Assembly (NCBI GenBank): GCA_018065065.1
Contig: JAGHTZ010000023.1
Span: 2,552 to 66,551 of the forward strand
Direction: 5' to 3'
From: Candidatus Equadaptatus faecalis
GTDB taxonomy: Bacteria > Synergistota > Synergistia > Synergistales > Synergistaceae
DNA length: 64,000 bases
Numbering within the stretch: position 1 is the stretch's first letter; every line of letters begins with the position of its first letter. Under the pieces are notes generated by a model, which was not told the DNA's origin, did not search any database, and worked only from the letters and a program-made list of their open reading frames with translations. Positions 36,211 to 46,089 of the stretch are shown here, piece after piece. A program made the position numbers and the translations under genes.

Positions 36211-38283
36211 GTGAAGAAAACAGAAACTGCCGAAAAAAAATCTGACGGCGGCTTTCTTGCCGCGCGGCTTGACACGCTTTCCGGCGTAGGCGAAAAACGC
36301 AGCCTGCTGCTGGAAAAGCTCGGTTTGCGCACGGTCAGCGACCTCATAGAATTTTTCCCGAGAAAATATGAAGACCGCAGAAACTTTACAGCCGTTTCTG
36401 CGCTGCAGGAAGGTACAAAAGCCGTAATTTTCGCTTACGTTTCGTCAATCGAAAGACACAGAATCCCCGGAAAAAAGCTGGATATGGTTACAGCGGTGCT
36501 GCAGGACAGCAGCGCGGAGATACGCGCTTTCTGGTTTAACCGCAAGGGGCTTGAATATTTGCTCAGGGAAGGCGACACCGCCGTTTTCTGCGGCGAAATC
36601 GTGAGCTACGGCAGCCGTCTGCAGCTTTCCAACCCTGAATTTGAGGTTACAAAAAATCCGAAAAAATCTGTCTTAACAGGCATAATTCCGATTTATCCGT
36701 CAACGGAAGGGCTCAAAGCGCACTGGTTCAAAAAGCTTATGTCCGAGGTGCTGGAAAAAGCTCTGCCGCTTACGGAAGAAATTATCCCCGAAAAATTTGC
36801 AAAAAAACGTTCACTTATGCCGCGCGCGAATGCCGTAATGCAGCTGCACAGACCTCTTGACGAAGCAGGCTGGCGCGAAGCCCGCCGCAGATTTGCCTAC
36901 GAAGAGCTTTTTATAGTTCAGGCAGGGCTTGCGCTTCGCAGACACGCGCTCAAAAGCTGCCGTTCGGCAGCAAAAATCATTCCCGGAAAAATTTACGAAG
37001 CGTTTTCCGCTTCGCTTCCTTTCAGCCTGACAGGCTCTCAGCAGCAGGCGCTGAAAGAAATATTTGCCGACACGTCTTCGGAAGAGCCGATGTCAAGGCT
37101 TCTGCAAGGCGACGTGGGCAGCGGAAAAACTCTTGTTGCTGTCGGTCTTGCCGCTGCCTGCTGTGATTCGGGTGTGCAGTGCGCGGTTATGGCTCCAACA
37201 GAAATTCTTGCGGCGCAGCTGTACGCGGAAATGGAAAAACGGCTTTCGCCTCTCGGCGTAAAAACGGCATTTGTAAAGGGCGGACAGAGACTTTCGGAAC
37301 GCAATGCGATAATCAAAGGCGCGGGAAACGGCGAAATAAACGTTATTGTCGGCACACAGGCTCTGCTGTTTGACAGGGTGAAATTTAAAAATCTCGGCGC
37401 GGTTGTCATTGACGAGCAGCAGCGTTTCGGCGTGGAGCAGAGAAAAGCGCTCGTCCGTCAGGGCAAAGCGCCGCATCTGCTGATGATGTCCGCCACCCCG
37501 ATTCCCCGCAGCCTTGCGATGACGCTGTTTGCCGACCTTGACATATCGCTGCTGACAGACAGGCCTGAAGGCAGGAAGAAAATTGAAACGCGTGTGACCG
37601 ACCTGAAACAGATGGCAGTTCTGCTGCAGTTCCTGATTGACGAAGCCGCAAAAGGCGGGCGCGTGTACTGGGTGTGCCCGAGAGTTGAAGAAAGCGAAGC
37701 TTCAACAGCGGCTTCCGCGAAAAAACGCTTCGCGTTTCTCAAAAAACACCTGGGAAGACTCGGCGTAGGGCTTGTCTACGGCGGAATGAGCGGCGATGAA
37801 AAAGAAGAGGAGCTGAAAAAATTCCGCGGCGGAGAGACAAAAATTCTTGCGGGGACAACCGTTGTGGAGGTTGGAATAGACGTTCCCGAAGCTTCCGTAA
37901 TGGTGGTGGAAGGCGCAGAACGTTTCGGACTTTCGCAGCTTCACCAGCTGAGGGGAAGAACAGGCAGGGGAAACAGACGCGGCGTCTGCATACTGCTTGT
38001 TGAAAATCTTGAAAACGGCATACCTGACAGGCTTCAGACGATGCTTGATACGGACGACGGCTTCAAAATAGCGGAAGCCGACCTCGAGCTTCGCGGCAGC
38101 GGCGAAATTTCAGGTTTTGCCCAGCACGGGCTGACGGAATTTAAATTTGCCGATTTGAAAAAAGACCTTACGCTTATCCGCGAAACGAGGGAAGACGCCG
38201 CGGAGCTTGCGGAAAGCTGCGAAATCGAAAAATATCCCTCCCTGCTTGAGGCGGTAGAGAAACGCTTCCTGCAGAACGGCTGA
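36211..38283 (+). CDS. recG: ATP-dependent DNA helicase RecG
   Basis: The start is GTG. Helicase motifs are LLQGDVGSGKT, VIDEQQRFGV and MSATPIPR, with a wedge/OB N-terminal region and QLHQLRGRTGRG. Confidence 0.9.
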   Translation: MKKTETAEKKSDGGFLAARLDTLSGVGEKRSLLLEKLGLRTVSDLIEFFPRKYEDRRNFTAVSALQEGTKAVIFAYVSSIERHRIPGKKLDMVTAVLQDSSAEIRAFWFNRKGLEYLLREGDTAVFCGEIVSYGSRLQLSNPEFEVTKNPKKSVLTGIIPIYPSTEGLKAHWFKKLMSEVLEKALPLTEEIIPEKFAKKRSLMPRANAVMQLHRPLDEAGWREARRRFAYEELFIVQAGLALRRHALKSCRSAAKIIPGKIYEAFSASLPFSLTGSQQQALKEIFADTSSEEPMSRLLQGDVGSGKTLVAVGLAAACCDSGVQCAVMAPTEILAAQLYAEMEKRLSPLGVKTAFVKGGQRLSERNAIIKGAGNGEINVIVGTQALLFDRVKFKNLGAVVIDEQQRFGVEQRKALVRQGKAPHLLMMSATPIPRSLAMTLFADLDISLLTDRPEGRKKIETRVTDLKQMAVLLQFLIDEAAKGGRVYWVCPRVEESEASTAASAKKRFAFLKKHLGRLGVGLVYGGMSGDEKEEELKKFRGGETKILAGTTVVEVGIDVPEASVMVVEGAERFGLSQLHQLRGRTGRGNRRGVCILLVENLENGIPDRLQTMLDTDDGFKIAEADLELRGSGEISGFAQHGLTEFKFADLKKDLTLIRETREDAAELAESCEIEKYPSLLEAVEKRFLQNG

Positions 38284-38420
38284 CGACAGATTTGCAAATA
38301 TGGCGATAAAGGCTTAAAATAGTCGGTGCGTGCAGCACAGCATATGTGCTTTAATCCTAGATTCAAACAGACTACGAGCAGCATAACTCTGAACCATGAC
38401 AATTAAATGAGGTGAAAGAA

Positions 38421-39950
38421 ATGATATTTGCAATAGGATTGGCGTGCCTCGCAGCAGGTGCGCTGATTGGATTTGCCGCACATCGGGCGGCAGAAAAAAA
38501 GAAATACAAGAACGCAAGGACAAGCGCCGAGACGGTACTTGTTGAAACGAAACGCAAAGCGGAACAGACAAAACGCGAAATTGTGGCGGAAGGCAAGGAA
38601 GAGGTTCACAGAATGCGTCAGGAGTTTGAGCGCGACACGAAAGATCGCAGAGCGGAAATTCAGCGCGCGGAAAAAAGGCTTGACCAGAAGGAAGAGAACC
38701 TTGACAAAAAACTTGACAACGTGAGCCGCAAGGAAGATGAACTCAGAAACCGCGAAATACAGATTCAGGAAAAGGCTAACAAACTCTCAGCCCGCGAAAA
38801 CGAGCTGGTTGACAAGCTTGAACAGATTGCGAGGCTTACAAGGGAAGAAGCCAAGGCGCAGCTGCTGGCACAGGTTGAAACCGAAGCACAGCACCAGATA
38901 GGTATTCGCCTTAAGGTTCTTGAAGAAAAAGCAAAGCGCGAAGCGGATAAAAAAGCACAGGACATAATTGCCACAGCCATCCAGCGCTGCGGTGTTGAAT
39001 TTACATCAGACGCGGTTGTAACCGCCGTTGCCATTCCCTCTGACGAAATGAAGGGGCGCATAATAGGCCGCGAAGGGCGCAACATAAGAACGTTTGAAAC
39101 GCTTACCGGAGTTGACCTCATAGTTGACGACAGCCCCGAAGTTGTTACGCTCAGCAGCTTCGATCCTGTGCGCCGCGAAGTGGCGAGAGTCTCGCTTGAA
39201 AGACTTATTGCTGACGGGCGCATTCATCCCACGCGTATTGAAGAAATCATAGCCAAGGCAGAAAAAGACGTTCAGGAACAGGTGCTTGAAACAGCCGACG
39301 CCGCCCTTATGGAAGTGGGCGTCAAAAACATGAACGACAACCTTGCCGAAATACTCGGACAGCTTCGTTTCCGCACGAGCTACGGACAGAACGCGCTTCA
39401 CCACAGCCTTGAAGTTGCCCATCTGTCGGGCATACTTGCCGCAGAACTCGGAGTTGATCAGGCACTTGCAGCACGCGCAGGCCTGCTTCACGACATCGGC
39501 AAAGCTGTGGATTTCAAAATTGAAGGTCCCCATGCGCAGATCGGCGCAAACCTTGCGAAACGCTACGGCGAAGACCCTGTTGTTATCAACGCCATAGCAG
39601 CGCACCATGAGGAAGAAGAAGCAAAGACAATCTATGCCGTAATAGTCGCGGCGGCTGACGCTATAAGCGCCGCGCGTCCTGGCGCCCGCAGGGAAAGCCT
39701 TGAAGCCTACGTCAAGAGACTTGAACAGCTTGAAGAAATCGCGAAAGGCTTTGAAGGTGTCGGCAAGGCGTTTGCAATTCAGGCAGGGCGCGAAGTCAGA
39801 GTCGTTGTCGAACCTTCCGTAACCGATGACGGCGCAATGCAGAAACTTGCATACGACATAGCGCGCCGCATAGAAGCGGAAATGCGTTATCCGGGGCAGA
39901 TCAAGGTAACGCTTGTCCGCGAAACGAGAGCTGTTGACTACGCCAAGTAG
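38421..39950 (+). CDS. rny: Ribonuclease Y
   Basis: It has an N-terminal TM helix, a coiled coil, a KH domain (GRIIGREGRNIRTFE) and an HD domain (HSLEVAHL, LLHDIGKA). Confidence 0.95.
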   Translation: MIFAIGLACLAAGALIGFAAHRAAEKKKYKNARTSAETVLVETKRKAEQTKREIVAEGKEEVHRMRQEFERDTKDRRAEIQRAEKRLDQKEENLDKKLDNVSRKEDELRNREIQIQEKANKLSARENELVDKLEQIARLTREEAKAQLLAQVETEAQHQIGIRLKVLEEKAKREADKKAQDIIATAIQRCGVEFTSDAVVTAVAIPSDEMKGRIIGREGRNIRTFETLTGVDLIVDDSPEVVTLSSFDPVRREVARVSLERLIADGRIHPTRIEEIIAKAEKDVQEQVLETADAALMEVGVKNMNDNLAEILGQLRFRTSYGQNALHHSLEVAHLSGILAAELGVDQALAARAGLLHDIGKAVDFKIEGPHAQIGANLAKRYGEDPVVINAIAAHHEEEEAKTIYAVIVAAADAISAARPGARRESLEAYVKRLEQLEEIAKGFEGVGKAFAIQAGREVRVVVEPSVTDDGAMQKLAYDIARRIEAEMRYPGQIKVTLVRETRAVDYAK

Positions 39951-40742
39951 GTGAGCCGGTTGAGAATACTTTTTATCGGCGACATTGACGGACGTCCGGG
40001 AAGAGAAGCCTGCAAACAGGCGATTCCCAAGCTTCGCGAACAGTTCGGCGGCTTTGACTTTGTAATCGCCGACGGCGAAAACGCGGCAGGAGGCTTCGGA
40101 CTGACTGAAAAAGTCATGAACGAGCTCTTTGACGCCGGAATAGATGTCCTGACTAACGGCAACCACGTGTGGGACAAAAAAGACTTTGTCCCCGTGCTTG
40201 ACGGTGAGCCGCGTATACTGCGACCCGCAAACCATCCTGAAGGCACCCCCGGCAGAGGCTTTGCGGTGTATGAAAAAAACGGCGAAAAGCTGGCGGTAAT
40301 GTGCCTGCTCGGCAGAGCCTTCATGCCGCCGCTTGACTGCCCGTTCAAATGCGCGGACGAACTGCTTGCCAAAAACGGCGTTTCTGCGGTTTTCGTTGAT
40401 TTCCACGGCGAAGCAACGTCGGAAAAATACGCGTTCGGACGCTACGTTGACGGGCGCGTTTCGGCAGTTGCAGGAACTCACACGCACGTGCAGACGGCAG
40501 ACGAACAGGTATTTGCCGGAGGCACGGCTTACATTACGGACGCAGGAATGACAGGCGGACACGGAGGAATAATAGGCATGAGCTATGAATCGGTACTGCC
40601 GAAATTCCTTTACGGGATTCCCTGCAAATTCGAAGTCTGTGACACAAACGTCCGTTTTCAGGCAGTTGTCATAGACATCGACGGCGAAACGGGCAGGGCA
40701 ATGAATATAACGCGCGTTGACCTGCCGTGCGAAGCTGAATAA
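39951..40742 (+). CDS. ymdB: YmdB-like metallophosphoesterase (TIGR00282 family)
   Basis: RILFIGDIDGRPGR, ADGENAAGGFG, NGNHVWD and GTHTHVQTAD are present. TTG 39960 is an alternative start. Confidence 0.85.
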   Translation: MSRLRILFIGDIDGRPGREACKQAIPKLREQFGGFDFVIADGENAAGGFGLTEKVMNELFDAGIDVLTNGNHVWDKKDFVPVLDGEPRILRPANHPEGTPGRGFAVYEKNGEKLAVMCLLGRAFMPPLDCPFKCADELLAKNGVSAVFVDFHGEATSEKYAFGRYVDGRVSAVAGTHTHVQTADEQVFAGGTAYITDAGMTGGHGGIIGMSYESVLPKFLYGIPCKFEVCDTNVRFQAVVIDIDGETGRAMNITRVDLPCEAE

Positions 40743-40754
40743 GCAGAACCATTA

Positions 40755-40784
40755 ATGACCGGACAATCGTCCGGTCATTTTTTG
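40755..40784 (+). terminator. Rho-independent terminator after ymdB
   Basis: A perfect 10-bp stem, ATGACCGGAC-AATC-GTCCGGTCAT, is followed by TTTTTT. Confidence 0.85.
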
Positions 40785-40989
40785 ATTCAGTATATTTATC
40801 ACCTGCTTAAATTGGGTGATAAATTGGGTGATAAATTATTGTTTAACTTGCCGGTACCATAACAACCGTTATTTTTATCTCTTTAGCAAAACAGACAAAA
40901 ACTTTCTAAACGCAAGCAATATTAAATATTAACTTATCACAATCAAACATTTTCGGCAAAAACAGCTTAATAACATAGAATTGTTAAAC

Positions 40990-41018
40990 TTGCCGTAAAA
41001 CAGAAAATGTGGTATAAA
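40990..41018 (+). promoter_or_regulatory. Putative sigma-70-type promoter for the NSS transporter gene
   Basis: TTGCCG, a 17-nt spacer and TATAAA lie about 40 bp upstream of the start codon. A near-duplicate TTGTTTAACTTGCCG box occurs at about 40839. Confidence 0.4.
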
Positions 41019-41036
41019 CTCTCTTCGTTATTTTGA

Positions 41037-42416
41037 ATGCTGAAAGGACGTGCACTCATGTCGGAAAAGAGAGAACAGTGGGGCAGTAAATTCGGAATGC
41101 TTATGGCGGCGGCAGGGTCAGCCATAGGTCTTGGCAATATATGGCGCTTCCCCTACATAACAGGCAAGTACGGGGGCGCGGTATTTGTTTTAACGTACCT
41201 CATCGTTGTATGCTTAATCGGGCTTTCGCTTATGATGGCGGAACAGGCGATAGGTCGCGCCGGAAAATCAGACGCTGTAGGCAGCCTACTCAAGCTCGGC
41301 GGAAAAAAATGGTCGATAGTCGGCTGGATGGGCTTTATCGTTGCCTTTGTCATACTTTCCTACTATGCGGTTATTGCCGGTTGGACACTCGCCTATTTCT
41401 GCGCGTCAGTTGACGTGTTCGGCAGCCTTTTGCAGGGTGCGGCGCAAGGCAGAGCGGCTGATTTGTTCGGCAGCTTTGTAGCTAACCAGTACTACTGCAT
41501 AGCATTTTTCCTTGTGGTAATGTTTGTCACCTCGTCAATAGTTTACAGAGGCATTGCGGAAGGCGTTGAAGCAAGCTGCAAAATTCTCATGCCGACACTC
41601 TTTGTCATACTTCTTCTGCTTGTTGTCCGCGCAGTCACCCTTCCGGGAGCTTCAAAAGGCATCAGCTTCTACCTCAAGCCCGACTTCACAAAACTCACGG
41701 CAGAGGGCATACTTGCCGCAATCGGACAGGCATTCTATTCACTCTCGCTTGCGATGGGAATAATGATCGTCTACGGCAGCTATTTTACGAAAGACACAAG
41801 CATACCGCATTCGGCATGCACAATATCGCTGCTCGACACCTCGGTGGCGTTCCTCGCCGGACTTGTAATATTTCCGAGCGCCCTTGCTTTCGGCATAGAG
41901 CCGAACGCGGGAGTTGCCCTCACCTTCATCACGCTTCCCAGCGTATTTGCGCAGATGCCGGCAGGAATGCTTTTCTCGGCGGGCTTCTTTATGCTTCTGT
42001 TTATTGCGGCTCTTACCTCGTGCATTTCGCTCTTTGAAGTTGCCGTCGCTTTCGGCATAGACCATCTCGGCTTTGAACGCAAAAAATCAACAGTCGTTAT
42101 GGCAATCCTCATCACGCTGCTCGGAATACCCTCAGCCCTTTCCGTCGGCGGACATTTCCCGAAAATCTGCGGCATGGACTGCCTTGATTTCTTTGACTAC
42201 GTTACAAACAACCTGATAATGCCGATAGGCGGCATACTCCTCACAATCTTTGCCGGCTGGGTATGGACGGAAGGCGCCAAAGCAGAACTCACCAACCACG
42301 GCAAATACGACTTCAAGCTGTACAAGGTGTGGCTCTTTATCTGCCGCATAGTAGCGCCGATAGCGATATTCGTAATCCTTGCCGCGGACATCTACGGAAA
42401 ATTCTTTAAGAAATAG
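41037..42416 (+). CDS. Sodium-dependent transporter, neurotransmitter:sodium symporter (SNF/NSS) family
   Basis: GSAIGLGNIWRFPYITGKYGG is the NSS signature and the protein has about 11-12 TM segments. The likely start is ATG 41058. Confidence 0.9.
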   Translation: MLKGRALMSEKREQWGSKFGMLMAAAGSAIGLGNIWRFPYITGKYGGAVFVLTYLIVVCLIGLSLMMAEQAIGRAGKSDAVGSLLKLGGKKWSIVGWMGFIVAFVILSYYAVIAGWTLAYFCASVDVFGSLLQGAAQGRAADLFGSFVANQYYCIAFFLVVMFVTSSIVYRGIAEGVEASCKILMPTLFVILLLLVVRAVTLPGASKGISFYLKPDFTKLTAEGILAAIGQAFYSLSLAMGIMIVYGSYFTKDTSIPHSACTISLLDTSVAFLAGLVIFPSALAFGIEPNAGVALTFITLPSVFAQMPAGMLFSAGFFMLLFIAALTSCISLFEVAVAFGIDHLGFERKKSTVVMAILITLLGIPSALSVGGHFPKICGMDCLDFFDYVTNNLIMPIGGILLTIFAGWVWTEGAKAELTNHGKYDFKLYKVWLFICRIVAPIAIFVILAADIYGKFFKK

Positions 42417-42454
42417 CGGACAGCGCAAAGTTAAAAAATTCAAAATGCAAAATC

Positions 42455-42490
42455 AAAACGGTTTGGAATTGCTCCAAACCGTTTTAATTT
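42455..42490 (+). terminator. Rho-independent terminator after the NSS transporter gene
   Basis: AAAACGGTTTGGA-ATTGC-TCCAAACCGTTTT is followed by AATTT. Confidence 0.7.
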
Positions 42491-42710
42491 GTAAAAAACC
42501 GCAGAGTTGAGCTAAACTTGCAGTGCGTTCTTCATTTTTCATTAGTCATTGCTTCTCTAATCCGTCATTCTGCGGAAGTCCGAAGGACTTAGCGCCGAAC
42601 CCAGCGTCGTTGGTTCTTCTTTCAAAGCCTTAAAAAGTCACTGGATCCTGCGCTGCTCCTGACGGAGCCCGCAGGATACCCCTCCGGGGCACGCGAGACA
42701 AAGATTTTTT

Positions 42711-42822
42711 GCTTACGGTTTTCAGCTGTCGGCTTAATGCTTACTGCTTATTCTTCACTTTGCACTTTACACTTCATTTAGATTTTGCTTTTGCTTGCAG
42801 CATATAGCTTACAGCATACAGC
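42711..42822 (-). repeat. NNNAAGC heptamer-family repeat, site C (AAGC orientation on the minus strand, immediately 3-prime of alr)
   Basis: The reverse complement reads GCTGTAAGCTATATGCTGCAAGCAAAAGCAAAATC...GTGTAAAGTGCAAAGTGAAGAATAAGCAGTAAGCATTAAGCC. It shares strings with site A (AATAAGCAGTAAGC, AAAGTGCAAAGT). Confidence 0.7.
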
Positions 42823-42826
42823 GTTA

Positions 42827-43912
42827 CTACACGTACTTTCTTTCCACCCGCTTTGATATATTGCACACAATTTCATACCCGATTGTGCCTATTTCATGCG
42901 CCATATCGTCCGCCGTATATCCTTTGCCCAGCAATATAACCTCATCGCCGCGCTGAACGCCCGGAATATCAGAAACGTCAACAGTCAGCTGATCCATGCA
43001 GACGCGTCCGGCAAGAGGAGCTTTTCTGCCGCGGATAATGACGCAGCCCTTGTTTGAAAGCGCGCGGCTGTAACCGTCCGCATAGCCTGTCGGAATTGTC
43101 GCTATCCGCGTTTCTTTCTCTGCCTTGAAAGTTCTTCCGTAGCCGATAGTTTCTCCCTCATGCACGGTCTTAACCATCGAAACTACAGATTTCCATTCAA
43201 GCGCGGGGCGTATTCCCTCAGGCAGAATATTTGCGTAATCCGGCTTCAGCCCGTAAAGAATTATGCCGAGCCTCGCAAGACTGCCGTACGGCTTCTGCCG
43301 CAATGCGCCCGCGGAATTCATACAGTGGACGTAAGGCAGCTTCAAATCAGCGGCCTGTTCGCAAACTGCGCGGAATTTTGCCAGCTGTCCCTCGGTGAAG
43401 CTCTGTTCCGAAGGTGTATCTGCGACGCAAAGATGGGTAAAAAGTCCCGTCAGATTAAAACGCTTCGCGTATTTTCTGATTATTTCGCCGCAAAGCTCAG
43501 GGTTGTCTGCGTCAAGACCTATGCGGTTCATGCCGGTATCAAGCGCGAAATGCGCGGTAATGCCCTTGTCCGCAAGAGCCTCTGCATAATCTTCGTCAAG
43601 CAGCGCCTGTGTGATATTGTAATTTACAAGACGGTCGGCCTCCTCCGGCGGAGTATAGCCGAGAATAAGAAGCTGCCCGGAAATTCCGGCATTGCGCAGA
43701 TTAAGCGCTTCGTTAAGATTTGAAACGGCGAAATTGCGGCAGCCTGCAGCCTGCAAAGCCGAAGCTGTCTGCGCGTCGCCGTGTCCGTACGCGTCAGCCT
43801 TGACGACTGCCATAATTTCATAGCCGTCAGAAAGTTTTTTAATTTCCTTTTTGTAAATTTTGTAATTGCTGACAACAGTATCGAGATTTATCTCAGTCCA
43901 ACAGCGTCTCAC
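42827..43912 (-). CDS. alr: Alanine racemase
   Basis: AVVKADAYGHG (PLP lysine) and the full-length family pattern are present. The start is set at the GTG preceded by GGGGGA. The 574-aa ORF in the track is an artificial upstream extension with no ATG near the homology start. Confidence 0.9.
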   Translation of the reverse strand: MRRCWTEINLDTVVSNYKIYKKEIKKLSDGYEIMAVVKADAYGHGDAQTASALQAAGCRNFAVSNLNEALNLRNAGISGQLLILGYTPPEEADRLVNYNITQALLDEDYAEALADKGITAHFALDTGMNRIGLDADNPELCGEIIRKYAKRFNLTGLFTHLCVADTPSEQSFTEGQLAKFRAVCEQAADLKLPYVHCMNSAGALRQKPYGSLARLGIILYGLKPDYANILPEGIRPALEWKSVVSMVKTVHEGETIGYGRTFKAEKETRIATIPTGYADGYSRALSNKGCVIIRGRKAPLAGRVCMDQLTVDVSDIPGVQRGDEVILLGKGYTADDMAHEIGTIGYEIVCNISKRVERKYV

Positions 43913-44107
43913 AGCGTTTCCCCCTGTCCGCAGGTTTTGCCGAAAGAAATTATATACCCAAAACAACACAAATGGGATAGAGAGCAAAACTGCGTGAATT
44001 ATGCAGGTTAGTTTTATTATTGGCTCCTGCTGTTTTTTTGTCAAATTGCGCCGTTTAATGGTATACTTAACGGCAGAGCCAGCACGCGTACGGGTGCAGT
44101 TTTTGTT

Positions 44108-44950
44108 GTGCAGACGCGTCGCCGCGGAAGTCTGAGAGGGGTGAACGTTTTGGGCAGAATCGCGCTTATAGCCGGTGAGGGTATGCTTCCTGTTTCCATC
44201 GCAAAACAGCTTTCGGAACAGGGTGATGCCCCTGTGCTTTACAATCTGAGGCATGATTTTGAAGAGCTCAGGGCGTTTGTCTGTGAGGTCGTTGACATTC
44301 AGAAGCCTAATCTCGGCGCCGCGATAAAGAGCATGAAAAAACTGGGCGTTGACAGGATAATTATGGCGGGGCGCGTGCCGAAGTCGCTTATGTTCAAACC
44401 AGCCCTGCTTGATTTCACTTCGCAGAAATTTCTTGCCGGTCTTCTGTTCCGCGATGACCATTCCCTGCTCGGCGCTATTGTCGATTTCTTTGAGAAGCAG
44501 GGTTTCAAGGTAATAAGCTACAAGGACATTGTTCCGCAGCTGGTTGCGCATGAGGGTTTTATTGCAGGGCGCGAGCCTTCGGAGAGCGAACTTGAGGACG
44601 TCAAATACGGCGTTGAAATATGCAGCAGCCTTGTTCCTCTTTCATTCGGGCAGTCTGTTGTTGTGAACAAAGGGGCGGTTATTGCCGTTGAGGCTATAGA
44701 GGGTACGGATAAAATGATTCTCCGCGCGGGAGAGCTGACAAAGGGCGGCGTTGTCGCAAAGCTGATGCGCCTTGACCAGGACGAGAGATACGATATTCCT
44801 ACGGTTGGTCCCCAAACGCTTGAAAACATGGCGGGCGCTGGTCTCACCTGTCTTGCAGTTCACGCGGGGCATACGATGATTATGGATTTTGACAAGTTTG
44901 AGGAAATTGCCAAACGCGAAAAGATTTCCGTTATCGGGGTTGTAGGATGA
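44108..44950 (+). CDS. lpxI: UDP-2,3-diacylglucosamine diphosphatase LpxI (DUF1009 family)
   Basis: RIALIAGEGMLP and GQSVVVNKGAVIAVEAIEGTDKMILRAG are present. The true start may be a GTG/TTG near 44138-44150. Confidence 0.8.
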   Translation: MQTRRRGSLRGVNVLGRIALIAGEGMLPVSIAKQLSEQGDAPVLYNLRHDFEELRAFVCEVVDIQKPNLGAAIKSMKKLGVDRIIMAGRVPKSLMFKPALLDFTSQKFLAGLLFRDDHSLLGAIVDFFEKQGFKVISYKDIVPQLVAHEGFIAGREPSESELEDVKYGVEICSSLVPLSFGQSVVVNKGAVIAVEAIEGTDKMILRAGELTKGGVVAKLMRLDQDERYDIPTVGPQTLENMAGAGLTCLAVHAGHTMIMDFDKFEEIAKREKISVIGVVG

Positions 44951-46089
44951 AGTCAGTTTTTTTGAGTTCTGCGGAAGCTTCAGGCGACCATTACATGGCG
45001 GAGATCGTCAAAGCGCTGCGCTTCGGCGGCTTTGACGGCGAGCTGTGGGGCATGGGAGCCGCAGAATCGCGCGCGGCAGACGTTGACGTGCTGTGGCGCG
45101 GCGAACAGCTTCAGCTGTTCGGGCTTACCGAGGTTTTTTCTTCGGTGCCGCGGGTTTTAAGACTGCTTAAGGAAACGGCGGATACGATAGTGCGCCGCAA
45201 TCCGGACGCGGTGGTTGTCGTTGACAGTCCCGATTATCATCTGCGGCTGCTTGCGAAGCTGCGCAAATACGGCTACACAGGGCCTGTATTCTACGTTTCG
45301 CCGCCTACGGTGTGGGCATGGAGAAGCGGACGCGTCAAATATCTGAAAAAATACGTGACGGAATGTTTTCCGCTGTACAAATTTGAGCATGATTATTTCG
45401 CGTCGCACGGCTGCAGTTCATATTGGGACGGTGCTCCGCTGCTTGAGGAGTTTGTAAAGCGCGGGGAGACGAAAATCCCCGGCGAGTTCGCCGGCAACGA
45501 CAGGATAGTCGCGTTTATGCCGGGTTCACGCCGCAGCGAGGTTACAAAGCTGGTTCCCGTTATGGAACAGGCTGCGGAAATTTTGTCAGCGCGCGGCTGG
45601 CAGCCGGTTTTTTCCGTTGCGCAGGGGCTTAACCCAGAGGCAAAGGCGCAGCTTGTAAAGACTTTGGACGAAAAACGGCTGAGGCATTTTGACGGTTCCG
45701 GACGGGAGCTGCTTGCAGCGGCGCAGTGCTCCGTAAGCGCAAGCGGGACAATTACCGTTGAGTCGCTGCTGCTTGAAAAGTATATGGTTTCTGTTTACAA
45801 AATGAACGCGCTGTCAGGCTTTATCGCAAATCTTATTGTAAAGCCGGGACTGCCTGCAGGCTGTTTTTCAATGACGAACATCATAGCGCAGGAAGAAATT
45901 TTCCCTGAGCTTTTCCAAAACGAGTGCACCCAGGAAGCCGTTGCGGACAAGGCTCTTGCGTGGCTTGAGGGAAGCGCGGAATTCCGCGCGGAGGTGCTTG
46001 ACAAACTGAAACAAACAAAGGCGAAGCTTGGCACCACCGGAGTTTATGAGCGCTGGGCAAAACGCATTATGGAGAGGATAGCATGCTGA
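44947..46089 (+). CDS. lpxB: Lipid-A-disaccharide synthase
   Basis: SAEASGDHYMAEIVKAL and VVVVDSPDYHLRLLAKL are present, with GT19 family length and synteny with lpxI, msbA and lpxK. Confidence 0.85.
   Translation: MKSVFLSSAEASGDHYMAEIVKALRFGGFDGELWGMGAAESRAADVDVLWRGEQLQLFGLTEVFSSVPRVLRLLKETADTIVRRNPDAVVVVDSPDYHLRLLAKLRKYGYTGPVFYVSPPTVWAWRSGRVKYLKKYVTECFPLYKFEHDYFASHGCSSYWDGAPLLEEFVKRGETKIPGEFAGNDRIVAFMPGSRRSEVTKLVPVMEQAAEILSARGWQPVFSVAQGLNPEAKAQLVKTLDEKRLRHFDGSGRELLAAAQCSVSASGTITVESLLLEKYMVSVYKMNALSGFIANLIVKPGLPAGCFSMTNIIAQEEIFPELFQNECTQEAVADKALAWLEGSAEFRAEVLDKLKQTKAKLGTTGVYERWAKRIMERIAC

Noticed and set aside
39006-40562. 518-aa minus-strand ORF
   Set aside because: It lies fully antisense to the well-supported rny and ymdB genes. 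The translation is R/F/V-rich and low in information, with no motifs. It is a typical shadow ORF of a GC-biased coding region.
43913-44551. Upstream 213-codon extension of the alr ORF, overlapping lpxI on the opposite strand
   Set aside because: Alanine racemase homology starts at RRCWTEINLD, directly after a GTG with a GGGGGA RBS. The extension has no homology and collides with the lpxI coding region.
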